A DNA stretch of 62,796 bases, counting the filler, from Stramenopiles sp. TOSAG23-3 (taxonomy: Eukaryota), in assembly GCA_900128585.1 (NCBI GenBank). It is 7 parts of 7 records of this genome, joined end to end, with 100 filler letters (N's around TTAATTAATTAA, not from the genome) between each part and the next. Parts side by side here need not be neighbours in the genome. Positions count along the whole stretch, not along the records: positions 1 to 11,767 come from LT642726.1; positions 11,868 to 23,633 come from LT642727.1; 5 more parts are not named here. One strand, written 5' to 3'. The position numbers and the translations under genes are program-made. Shown piece after piece: positions 9,912-19,855 of this stretch (position 1 is its first letter; every line of letters starts with the position of its first letter). The notes below the pieces were generated by a model. That model did not search any database, had not been told where the DNA came from, and saw only the letters and a program-made list of their open reading frames with translations.

Positions 9912-11767
9912 CTACGAGAAACGCCAGGACGGTACTTCATCGCTTCGGTACTTCATCGCGTAACGATGCCATTCCCTAAAATTTCCGTCCACTACAGCGT
10001 TTGAAAGTTGTCCTTTTCGTTGAATTCGATTCCAGTCTCGATTGTCGTCCGAACATCGAGCACCAAATCCTTCTATTCGATAGTACGTCATCGGAAGAAT
10101 TATTCGAACACTTCTGCCCTGCCCAATTCGTAAGAGGCGACCCTTTAGTTGCGTGTACTCGGCGTTTGTCATTGGTAGAAGGTTGATGATCATGGTATGG
10201 CACCCATATTGAAAACCGTCGACCCCTGTTGCTACTACTTGAGACCCGATCATGACGTCGTAACATCCATCGATGAATTCATGTTTGTTACTCTCGCGCC
10301 TTTTTGCGTTGTCCCCAATGTATGTGCACACCCGCAAGCACGCATCTTTCAGCCCGCGATGGAGGATTTCCAGCACACCACCCCCGTAAGTGTGCGTGTA
10401 AATGAGGACACGTTCGTTTCGTGCTTTGCATGCTAAGCACTCTTTCACAATACGTCCTAGCTTTGCTTTCGTTCGAGCTAAGGCACTCTCCACTCGATAT
10501 GTGTTTGGTTTTCGCTTTTGTATGTCCATGTACTCCAGTGTCGCGTCGATTTCGATTTGTTCGATTTGTTCGTTGACGCCGACCAACCCTTCTCCCATAT
10601 TGTCCCAGTAACCATTCCAATTTCCGACGCCGTAAATATGAAGTTCACGATGCACTGCCACCAAATCGTCCTGGGTTGGATATGTTGGGCAGTTCAAGTG
10701 GCTGAAATCTTTGCCCGATACGATACATAGCAAGCTTATGGCCTCTTTCAGACTATTTACAACTGGGGTGGCGGTAAGCCCAAGCGTGCGGAGCTTGGTG
10801 TTTGCTTTGCGCGCCTGGGACACAAAATTTAGTACAACTTTTCTTCGTTTGCTCATCTTGATGTCGTTTTTCTGTTTCAAAACCTCGGATCTACCATGCG
10901 TGGATAGTGTTAATTTTGACATTTCTGTTTCAATCGAACCGCCTACTTGTTCGTCGATTTCTTTGCCGTGCGCGCTTTCCTCGTCACCGGAGCCTGTAGC
11001 TTCGACATGTCCACTGCTGTGATTATTTCGAAGCTTTACCTTGTGCATCTCGTCCAAGACAATCATGTCCATGGATCCGTTCATTTCCGTTAGCAAACTG
11101 TACATGTCGTCTTCCGAGGTTTGCTGGGACAGCTTTGCGTAGTTAATGATAACGACTCTCGGGCTAGCCTCCGTTTCCCAATTGACCTTCCCGTCGGACG
11201 GTAACTTTTCCAAAACAACGACCTCGAAAACACCGGAAAAGGCCGCATCTATCTGTCTTCTCCAATGCAATACAACACTCAGGGGACATATCACAACTGT
11301 CGTTCGGCACCGAAGGTGAGCCATGCTGAGAATGGCCGACATCGTCTTTCCGCTTCCCGTCCAGGACCAATTTCCCAACCCCGGGCACCCTTCCTCCTTG
11401 AGCCGCGACGCCACGAGCAGTTGTGTCTGTGTCGGCGGCACCGAGAAAGTGTACCCGCCAGGAAGTTCATCGCGAAGGGCTTTCGCGGCTTTGACATGTG
11501 CTTCCGAGTGCAGTATTTCGTTAACAATTCCACCGTCATTCCTCAACTCTTCGGATGCATATTCTAACGCCCACACATTGTTTTTTACCGCTTCGAGCAC
11601 AATTAAATAGTCCTTCTTCAACTCTTTGGATGCATATTCTAACGCATGCCCATCACGTTTCACCGCTTCCAGCACAATTACACAGTCATTCTTCAACTCT
11701 TCGGATGCATATTGTAACGCACGCCCATAACGTTTCACCGCTTCAAACACAATTTCACGGTCTTTCG
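9912..11767 (-). CDS. DUF4116-repeat / superfamily-2 helicase fusion (5' truncated at contig end)
   Basis: 25-aa repeats EAVKxxGxALxYASxELK; helicase motifs WTGSGKT (I), VICPLSV (Ia), LDEMH (II), TATP (III), TGVDG (V), QLKGRLLRIGQ (VI). Confidence 0.8.
11541..11767 (-). repeat. 75-bp tandem repeat encoding DUF4116-type units
   Basis: c(t/c)tcaactctt(c/t)ggatgcatatt recurs at 11541, 11616 and 11691. Confidence 0.9.
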
Positions 11768-11867
11768 NNNNNNNNNNNNNNNNNNNNNNNNNNNNNNNNN
11801 NNNNNNNNNNNTTAATTAATTAANNNNNNNNNNNNNNNNNNNNNNNNNNNNNNNNNNNNNNNNNNNN
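11768..11867. other. Artificial contig-joining linker
   Basis: N44-TTAATTAATTAA-N44; the spacer has stops in all six frames. Confidence 0.97.
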
Positions 11868-12534
11868 GAGGTGCTAACCCGCCAGCAATTTTAATTGACA
11901 CAAATGGAGACGTGTACATTAACGGCCAACCACAGGTAATGAGAGATGGGATAATATATTTTACGGTTCTCCAATTGGTGCTTACGCCTGGAACGGAGTT
12001 ACAATTCCAACAACCACGCCGTCCAATCAGCGTATCTTGAATCAATCACCAGTACCAGGTTCCGTGAACCCTGGTTTCACAACATTTGCAACTCAAGCAG
12101 ACCCGCTTCCCGTGGATTGCGTCGTACACGGCGAATTCTTCGGAGTAGCTCCTCCACCGGATGGAGCTTTATTAAATAATGTTGGTCATACATTTTCTAA
12201 TGTACCAATTACAAATAATTTCACAGCGAGTTATACATTAACTGTCGGTATCGTTCGCCAAATCTGGAACGGAGCTGCATCCCCGACTCCGATTACAAAT
12301 GTACTCGTAGCAAGACAAGATATTGATGTGCCTTTTAGAGGTACCTACACAGGCACAGTTGCAAGTTTCAGTTGCAATTTTAATTTCAATATGACGGACA
12401 CTGACCCTGCCACGGGCAATCCACAATCTTACGTTCCTTTCTTCAATCACAACGGAATCATTTATCCTGCCACGGATGCAAACATAAGGTGGAGAAATGT
12501 TACTGTTACGTTCACAACAAAAGCAAACCTCTAA
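11868..12534 (+). CDS. 3' fragment of a beta-rich, virus-like structural/fibre protein, apparently frameshifted near 11920-11945
   Basis: One frame reads GANPPAILIDTNGDVYINGQPQ; a second frame continues WDNIFYGSPIGAYAWNGVTIPTTT into the 12037-12534 ORF. T/N/P/G-rich, with AT-richer coding sequence than the adjacent gene. Confidence 0.5.
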
Positions 12535-12552
12535 GGAGTAAAATAAAAAAAT

Positions 12553-12584
12553 ATTAATTTGAAGGTAACCCCCTTCAAATTAAT
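12553..12584. terminator. Perfect 13-bp hairpin between two convergent stop codons
   Basis: attaatttgaagg-taaccc-ccttcaaattaat; lies 19 nt after the stop at 12534 and abuts the opposite-strand stop at 12584-12586. Confidence 0.55.
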
Positions 12585-13201
12585 CAGTATCGGAGTATCG
12601 GTGGGCTCAAGTTGAAGTCTGTGAGGCGCGACTCCCCTACAAGGTTATAGTGTCCAGCGGCAGCCCACATGCCCTGAATGCGCAGGCACACTGAGTCGCC
12701 AGCCAGGGCAATGTCAAGGCTTGAAATGTATTCGTCGCTGCGGCTAAGCACAGCCTTGCCGTCCACCCAAGAACCAGTAGCCTGGCTCACCAATACCATG
12801 TCTTCGTCATCACTGCCCGCCGAGCATGTGATCTGGAATAAACCATCCAGCTTGACCACGAGGGTGTAGGTGCGAACGTGCCACTCCCAAGTGTAAGGGC
12901 CTCCCTCCTCCTGAGATATCTCACAGAAGTAAGTGCCTGGCTCAACTCGGTGTTCCAGCAGCATGCCTCGGGCATTATGCAGGGCCTGGCGACGAGCCTC
13001 TTCTTTTGCGGCTCTGGCTGCGGCGGCAGCTGCGGCTCTGGCTGCGGCGGCAGCAGTGAAGTCAGAGTGCATCTGGTTCAACGTCACCGCGGGATCTGCT
13101 GCTCCAGTGACTTTACCGTGGCACTTGGAGCAAAGCCGACCACGAACCCCTGGCACTGCCAAGGACCCATGGAACCCGCAACCAGCGGCGCACTTACCCA
13201 T
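12584..13201 (-). CDS. A20-type zinc-finger protein with Ala-rich linker and unknown C-terminal beta domain
   Basis: MGKCAAGCGFHG...LCSKCH matches the A20 ZnF pattern CxxxCGFxG..CSxC; first ATG at 13201. Confidence 0.65.
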   Translation of the reverse strand: MGKCAAGCGFHGSLAVPGVRGRLCSKCHGKVTGAADPAVTLNQMHSDFTAAAAARAAAAAAARAAKEEARRQALHNARGMLLEHRVEPGTYFCEISQEEGGPYTWEWHVRTYTLVVKLDGLFQITCSAGSDDEDMVLVSQATGSWVDGKAVLSRSDEYISSLDIALAGDSVCLRIQGMWAAAGHYNLVGESRLTDFNLSPPILRY

Positions 13202-13635
13202 CACCTTGTTGGACGGTGCGCGAGATAGGAAAGCGGAGAAATCTTGTTGGTCCTTGGGAAATGGTTTTCGAGATTTCCTGTTCAAAAAAGGATGAAAGGG
13301 AATAGAACGGCTGTACTGCCTATTTACACACTGCAAGGGTCCATTATCTCAAAATTAGTTTGCACTATATTTGTGACCTGAAAATTAAAGGAACCGTGCA
13401 ACACGTACCCTATGTGGTCCCTTTTTATTATTTGGAGGGGTGTTTTACCTGAAGAGAAGAGAAGGAGAAAAGAAGAAAGAAGAAGAAAGAAGAAGGAAAA
13501 GAAGGAGGAGGAGGAGGACCATCACCTGTAGGTACCGGTACCTGGTACCAGGTTGTTTACTACTTTTTTGTCCGTATCTAAAAATAACTTTTTATGGTAC
13601 GCGAATTTGATACTGGTTCGTACTCTAAAGTTACA

Positions 13636-13703
13636 GTTAACTAAGCTTCCCATAGTTGAGTCTCTACCAGGTACACATCACAACTATGGGAAGCTTAGTT
13701 AAC
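13636..13703. repeat. 23-bp perfect inverted repeat with 22-nt spacer
   Basis: gttaactaagcttcccatagttg (13636-13658) and caactatgggaagcttagttaac (13681-13703). Confidence 0.9.
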
Positions 13704-14109
13704 AGTATAGTCTAATAAATAGGCCAATATATTAAATTAAATTATTACATCCTCGTAGACTACATTGTGAAACAGCTGATGACGCAGGTTGCGTTGGTGG
13801 ATACAGGTAAATAGTCGTCTAATTAATACGGGTACGGTGTATAATACCCGTACGGCGGTGTAGACGATTGGTATTTGGTATTTCGAAGTGGATTTGTTTT
13901 GTCTATCAAATACAACTACGCTTACGCTTACGAGTAGCTATTATTATATTAATATTGGGGTACGGGTTCATCGTTTCTCGGTATTAATACTTGGTATTAT
14001 TATACGAGTAATTGGTAGTGTAGATATTTTTTGTTTTAGATATATGTAATTGTCTGTGGAATAATATTGTACCGGTAGTGAATTTATTATTTGTATATAC
14101 CAAAGTAAA

Positions 14110-15270
14110 TTAGAATCGCGTTGCCAAGAGATATGCAAATATCCAAGCGATCAACGTTGTCAAGATGCTGCTATGAGAGAGGTGTCCAACTCCAGTTAAC
14201 ATATGGCCAAGAACGCTGAGCCCTGTCAATTGTGCGGCACTCATCAAGAGAAAACCACCCGCGGCAGCTTGCGCAGGCCCCACCTTTCCCCCCTCGGGTC
14301 TTGGCGCAATACCAGACGACCATGATGACAGCCATCCCCCGCAATACAACGAAATGCCAAAAACAAGCGACCACATGTTCATCGTGTTTATGGAGGCTTT
14401 CTTAAACAAAGCGCTAAACTGGTCTTTGTCAAACAGCCCAGTTCGAGTGATTTGAGCGATCGGAAATGTAAATGTATCTTTTAAATCCAATCCTTGCGAT
14501 ATTACCAAAATATTAATCCATTGGGACAGGCCGATCAAAACGCCGCACAGGGTTGGGCCCCAGCTGCGTTCGAACAATGGCCAAGTGTAGCCGTCGAGTC
14601 GTGGCAAATTAGATACCATTTCGAATTCATGTAAGTAGGGCGCCCACGACTCCACAATGATTGCGGCAGTAAGGCAGATGCATCCACATATTCCTGCGAC
14701 GACATAGAACTGCATGGAAAGCGTCGAATCCAACGTTTCCTTCACAGTTTGGGTCGTCGAGAGCCGATCACCTACCATGCTAAATATTATGGACGCGAAA
14801 CCTGCCCCGTACAGAACGAACCGGGAGGTATCCTCCCCGGTTCCAGCGCGAACGAACGCGGTGGATAGGTCGCCGCCTGCCATGAAAATACCAGCACCGG
14901 CCGCAATTCCCCCAACCAGAGCGGTTATGGTACTGGAAGGGGCAGAGATCCGAGTTTTGCTCTCCAAAAAGAAACACGTCAGGAGGCTGAAGCGCGACGT
15001 CAACGCAGTCAGCAAAAGACTGGTCCCGACCGCTGCGCAGTAACATTTAAACAAAGACGTACTTTCGAACTTGATGGAGCGAATAATATTGGTGTCACTT
15101 AAGGACAGGCTCATAACTCCCTTTTCCACACACAGCCCTATGCATACGCCTGCCATAAGGGCACTTGCAATAACATCTTCGGGCGAGGGGAGTTGCTCCT
15201 TCGCCGTCCGTCTTCGCTGCGCAATGGCTGCAAGGTTTGCCCGAACATTCGACTTTGATGAGGGTGGCAT
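14110..15270 (-). CDS. YeeE/YedE (sulfur transporter)-like multi-pass membrane protein, divergent
   Basis: Many Gly-rich TM segments; GGIAAGAGIFMAGG..T...RAGTG, W.P.LCGVLIGL and GGFLLMSAAQLTG...GH echo the two YeeE repeats. Confidence 0.65.
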   Translation of the reverse strand: MPPSSKSNVRANLAAIAQRRRTAKEQLPSPEDVIASALMAGVCIGLCVEKGVMSLSLSDTNIIRSIKFESTSLFKCYCAAVGTSLLLTALTSRFSLLTCFFLESKTRISAPSSTITALVGGIAAGAGIFMAGGDLSTAFVRAGTGEDTSRFVLYGAGFASIIFSMVGDRLSTTQTVKETLDSTLSMQFYVVAGICGCICLTAAIIVESWAPYLHEFEMVSNLPRLDGYTWPLFERSWGPTLCGVLIGLSQWINILVISQGLDLKDTFTFPIAQITRTGLFDKDQFSALFKKASINTMNMWSLVFGISLYCGGWLSSWSSGIAPRPEGGKVGPAQAAAGGFLLMSAAQLTGLSVLGHMLTGVGHLSHSSILTTLIAWIFAYLLATRF

Positions 15271-15944
15271 GGTTTAACTTTGTTTTCTTCAATGAATGAA
15301 ATTTGCAATTCAATATCTCTCGAGTAGACACTGGTCGCTTTCGTTAATTTATTTCTGAGACACCATTTATTGCTTTGGCATTGCTTTTTGTTTCTTTTTT
15401 TCTAAATATATATACAGTAGAAGAATTAATTTCGTACAGTTTTTAATATATAATAAATGCATGCACTCCTCCTCGTACTTACTACTAATACATAATATAC
15501 CAGTACCTCCTGGTAATAATACAATAATAAAAAAAATGCAACGCAAATTTAAAAATAATAATAAAACAACTCCTCTCTCGCGCTCCCTCCTCCTCCCTCT
15601 CCTCCTATTAATTGTTTCCTGCGTGCTCCTTCTTCTTCAACCTTCAACCCGCAAAATGTGTGGCGCTCTGAGATCTGAGATCTGAGATTCTCATAAAAAT
15701 TTTCCCTCTCCTCCTCTGTTTTACCTACCGTACCGGTACGGTACCGTATAACGAATCGAACCAGGTACGGGAACCAGGTACACGGTAGGAACAGGTACAT
15801 TAGTCTCATAACACTACAACTACAAAAAAGCCACTTAGAAAAACAACTTAAAATTCAGTATACTTTAGTAAAAAACTTCCATTTCCAATGTACCAAGGGT
15901 AGCTCCTTTCTCTTTCCTCTTCTTCCTTTCCTTCACAATGAGTT

Positions 15945-18900
15945 TTAAACGGATGCCCTTTGGACAGTAAGTGGCACTTCGCACGGGGATTGGCTGCTTG
16001 GATCTTTGTCCAGATCAACGTGAGAGAACAAGCCCGTCCCTTGACCAATGTGAAAGCAGCGCTCATTCCAAAGGTGGGGCGATAGGTTTATTGCCGACTC
16101 GAACTGTGCCGCGGCCAGGGCTGCTTTGTGCAAAAACTTTAAAAACCAGCTTCGGGGAAATATAGAAGGGTTGTTTGTCCATGCAGAGAACGGCGACGTA
16201 GAACAAAGTAGTCGTGAGTGTGCTCCAGAGCATCGCCAAACATTTTCGCCAAAATATGCCTTTACCAACTCATCGTTCTCTTGCCACGCAGCTGCATTCA
16301 AGACACTCAGTTGCCCGTCGGTTCCGGACGTAACCATAAGGTGTTCGTAGCCTTTCCAAATACTGCTGCAATATGGGTGCCCAGGATGTTTTGAGTGCCT
16401 AAGTTTCACCATATCGACAGTATTATTCATCAGACTTTCCATGGCTGCGTTCAGTTCCACCGTGGGATCTTCCACAAGTTGCCAGTCTTCTTCCAAAAAT
16501 ATAACGTATTGAGAAGTGGATCGTTCAACAAGGCTTGCAAGAGCTTTGGAAATGCCAACGTTGCCTTCGGACCCGATGACCTTGAAATTAGTTATTTCCA
16601 ACAAATTGCGAAAGCTTGGCGGAGCGATCCCACTGGCACACGTCGCGCAGTTCTGAAAAAATATTATACGCTCGTCTACAAAACTCAGAAGTCCGTTTTT
16701 GTCCCAACTTTTTAGGGCTTCTTTGAGTGATTTTTCCTGGCGATACGCCAACACAAGCAACGTCGTCCTACGAACAGGGCTGCGAGGCTCGCCCAATGCC
16801 CGATGCGTCTTTCCCTTGCACCTCTTGCTGGATACGTTATACTCCACTACGTTCGGGGCTTCGGTGGGAATGGTCGGTACGACGTAGAAGCTTTGGTTCG
16901 TTTTGTAAAGAATGTCCGTGTCCAGGACACCCTTCAACTCAACATGGAGAGTGTGCAATCCATACGGCAAAGGCCCAACAACTAGTTCGGGCGTAATGGC
17001 CTGGCACGGAAAGCTTCGGATAGCGCCTTCAAGGTACCATGGGGAAGAAATTCCTAGACATAACCTCCAAAGTTGAAGATTTATGTTGTTATTGTCAACG
17101 ACCTCGTATTCGAAGTTCAAGTTCACTGTCGGAAGTGTGCTTGATAAGTGCAACGGACTCGTCACCGAAACAACCACACTTTCCTGCAACGACACTTTGC
17201 GTCGAATGGACAGATCCCCCAACCGTGTTCTATACCCGTCTTCAATCCATGCAAACAAGTGCCCAGATGCAGCAGACTGCCCTACGTCAAGATCTATGCT
17301 TCCAGCTTGGCGAATGGGGACGCAGCGACTTCTTGAAAAATTTCCACCCTCAATGGACTCAAATTGGACGCAAACGCTTGCGCAGTCTAAGTCCCGGTAA
17401 AAATGCCGTTCCTCGTAGCCGTCTCTAAGTTCAATAATAGGGGTTACGGAAATATTGCCTGATTCTAAAATGGAGCCTTCCTGCGGCAACCCGATCGATA
17501 CACCAAAGGAATCCAAGTGTAAAATAGGCGTCTGATGTACCATTTCATTCAGCTGTGCCTTGCAACGTGTAGAAATACCCTCATAAACGGCCTCGGACGC
17601 CTTGTCAATCAATATTTGCTTAGGATACTCGGACGTTGTATCACTGGTCATATGGAAAACGCCCGTTGTATAGACTAAGTGAGGAGAGCACTTGTATATA
17701 CCGCCCAAGTGCTCAGCATGACCAATCATGAACCAGTCGATCGCAGACTGGACTCCGTGAGTGTACAGAGTGCGTAAAAGTGCCCTAGCACCTTTTTTAC
17801 GAATGGCATATCCAAAGGTGCCGCCACCAATTGATCTAGGAAAATTCGAGAACTCCTTTATATTTGGATGAACTGTTTTGTCGCCATACAAATCGTAGTC
17901 CGTCGAGTACCCCAAATATATCCAGTTCCACTTGCTATCGTGAACCAGTGTTTGCCATGTCAGTTTCCATCGCTTTAGAAAGTCGTCGGCTAACCATACG
18001 TCGTCCTCTAGGATTAAAAAGGCATCGTTGTCTTTTAATCCATCGTTTGCAGCCAATTCTTCCCATATCTTAATATTTGAAAGCGAGCACCCAATCACAC
18101 CTGGTACAAACCCATGGTCTCTATACGGCATTTTGAGAGGTGGAGACATTGGGTCATTCAACCGGAACAGCTTTTTCAAGTTTTGGTTGATTGCTAATTT
18201 TTGACCGTCTACAGCATCGAACCGTTCAAAATCTTTGTGCTCTTCAAGTCCAAAGCTATCATTTGCATACACTTTGAACTGTTCGTACCTTGACTGTCGT
18301 CGTTGCAAATTTACCACGTAAGTCTTCTTCACGCAGAATTTTGAGCCCGTGCACAGTTTACTTTCCGTGTCTGAATGGGGAGGCGGTACAAAAGGGTTGA
18401 ACGACAAAATCTTCGACGAATCCAAAAATACTGCAGGGATTGGATACTTATCCATTGGCTGTCTATGCAATTGGGGGCTCCAATCAACACGTCCAAACTC
18501 AGTGGCTACATCAATCACATTCGTCGCCCCATGATTTTTTAATATTGCGATGAGAGTGTCTTCGGAAAAATCATTTTTTAAACCTGATTTTTCAAACAGA
18601 AATCGCACATGGCCCTGCGTCGCCATGAACTGTTTGATATTCTCAACAAATCTGTCAAACATGTTCGATTGGGCATGTAGTTTCAAAAGACCTTCCCAGT
18701 ACGATTGCGCTAGGACCAGAGAGTATATCTTAGCACCTCCTAATTGAGTACTTAGGTCATTGTTGTTCAAAATTTCGACTATGTTTGATCCAGGAGTCAA
18801 AAAATCATTTTCGGCTCCCGGATAAATCAAATCGTTTCCGCACAAACCCGTAATAAACAGCTTAATTAAAGATTCGCTTGCCGATTTTATCTTAATGAAA

Positions 18901-19208
18901 TTTCTAAATTCTCTACGCCTAAATTGCCGAATTTTAAACCATGCGCTTAAATGATTTTGCAGCATTGCTACCTCTACTGCATCGGCAGTGTTGACGTGAC
19001 TCAACTGCTGGCATTGCCTCAACATTATCATGGTGTATTTATTGGGATCATCAATTTCTGTGTGATTGAGCTTGACAGTGCAGAACCCGCCATTCTGGTC
19101 GTTCGAAATCACAAAGCACACCTGCTGCTCATGGCCATTGGATCGCGAGATCACACTGCAGAAAATAAACAAAAGCAGTTCACAGATGTAATGAATTTTT
19201 CTGTGCAT
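15945..19208 (-). CDS. Secretory-pathway glycosyltransferase: GT25 domain plus C-terminal GT-A (GT2-like) domain
   Basis: N-terminal hydrophobic segment; YVVNLQRRQSR, RFDAVDG, GVIGCSLS, LILEDD and AIDWF for GT25; NVGISKAL, YVIFLEEDW and WTNNPS for the second domain. Confidence 0.8.
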   Translation of the reverse strand: MHRKIHYICELLLFIFCSVISRSNGHEQQVCFVISNDQNGGFCTVKLNHTEIDDPNKYTMIMLRQCQQLSHVNTADAVEVAMLQNHLSAWFKIRQFRRREFRNFIKIKSASESLIKLFITGLCGNDLIYPGAENDFLTPGSNIVEILNNNDLSTQLGGAKIYSLVLAQSYWEGLLKLHAQSNMFDRFVENIKQFMATQGHVRFLFEKSGLKNDFSEDTLIAILKNHGATNVIDVATEFGRVDWSPQLHRQPMDKYPIPAVFLDSSKILSFNPFVPPPHSDTESKLCTGSKFCVKKTYVVNLQRRQSRYEQFKVYANDSFGLEEHKDFERFDAVDGQKLAINQNLKKLFRLNDPMSPPLKMPYRDHGFVPGVIGCSLSNIKIWEELAANDGLKDNDAFLILEDDVWLADDFLKRWKLTWQTLVHDSKWNWIYLGYSTDYDLYGDKTVHPNIKEFSNFPRSIGGGTFGYAIRKKGARALLRTLYTHGVQSAIDWFMIGHAEHLGGIYKCSPHLVYTTGVFHMTSDTTSEYPKQILIDKASEAVYEGISTRCKAQLNEMVHQTPILHLDSFGVSIGLPQEGSILESGNISVTPIIELRDGYEERHFYRDLDCASVCVQFESIEGGNFSRSRCVPIRQAGSIDLDVGQSAASGHLFAWIEDGYRTRLGDLSIRRKVSLQESVVVSVTSPLHLSSTLPTVNLNFEYEVVDNNNINLQLWRLCLGISSPWYLEGAIRSFPCQAITPELVVGPLPYGLHTLHVELKGVLDTDILYKTNQSFYVVPTIPTEAPNVVEYNVSSKRCKGKTHRALGEPRSPVRRTTLLVLAYRQEKSLKEALKSWDKNGLLSFVDERIIFFQNCATCASGIAPPSFRNLLEITNFKVIGSEGNVGISKALASLVERSTSQYVIFLEEDWQLVEDPTVELNAAMESLMNNTVDMVKLRHSKHPGHPYCSSIWKGYEHLMVTSGTDGQLSVLNAAAWQENDELVKAYFGENVWRCSGAHSRLLCSTSPFSAWTNNPSIFPRSWFLKFLHKAALAAAQFESAINLSPHLWNERCFHIGQGTGLFSHVDLDKDPSSQSPCEVPLTVQRASV

Positions 19209-19855
19209 GTTGTCGCACCCATTCAATTTCCATGCGGAGATTTATGATGGATTATTTTTGGACTGTTTAAAATTCAAAACGTTGTTCTGGGCGGACGGAA
19301 CCAAATAATCAAACAGTATCAACATTCAATGTGGAGAATGCACTCATTCGGTGATTTAATTTTTTGAAAACGTGGCGCAACGACTAGGAAAAAGACGGGG
19401 GAAGAAGAGTCTGTGTAACGACGACACGTATCTTTGTTGTTTTTTTTTTTTTATGGTGATTATTGTTGTGGTGGTGTAATAATTAAAATAATTATTAATA
19501 TAATATATTTTTAAAAATATTATATTTTATTATTGATATATGATGAAGGAAGAAAGAAGAAAAAGAAGATTATTGATATGATGACACTATAATATCAGTA
19601 TGAGTGACACCTCAATTGTTACAATTATTTACTATAACTGTACACGTAGTCTAGGAAGTGCGGTCAAGAACTGTACACCTTTATTATTGTTAATTACTTA
19701 TAAATAACAGCCAATTTTCTTGTTTTTTTTTTTATTGTGAAGAAGGAACAATCGGAAATGTCTAGATTAATGCCTCCGTACTCTATCCTCACACATGCAA
19801 CTCGTGGTGGTGGGTGCTCATCGTATAATACTTTTTGTCTCCACACCTGTCGTTT

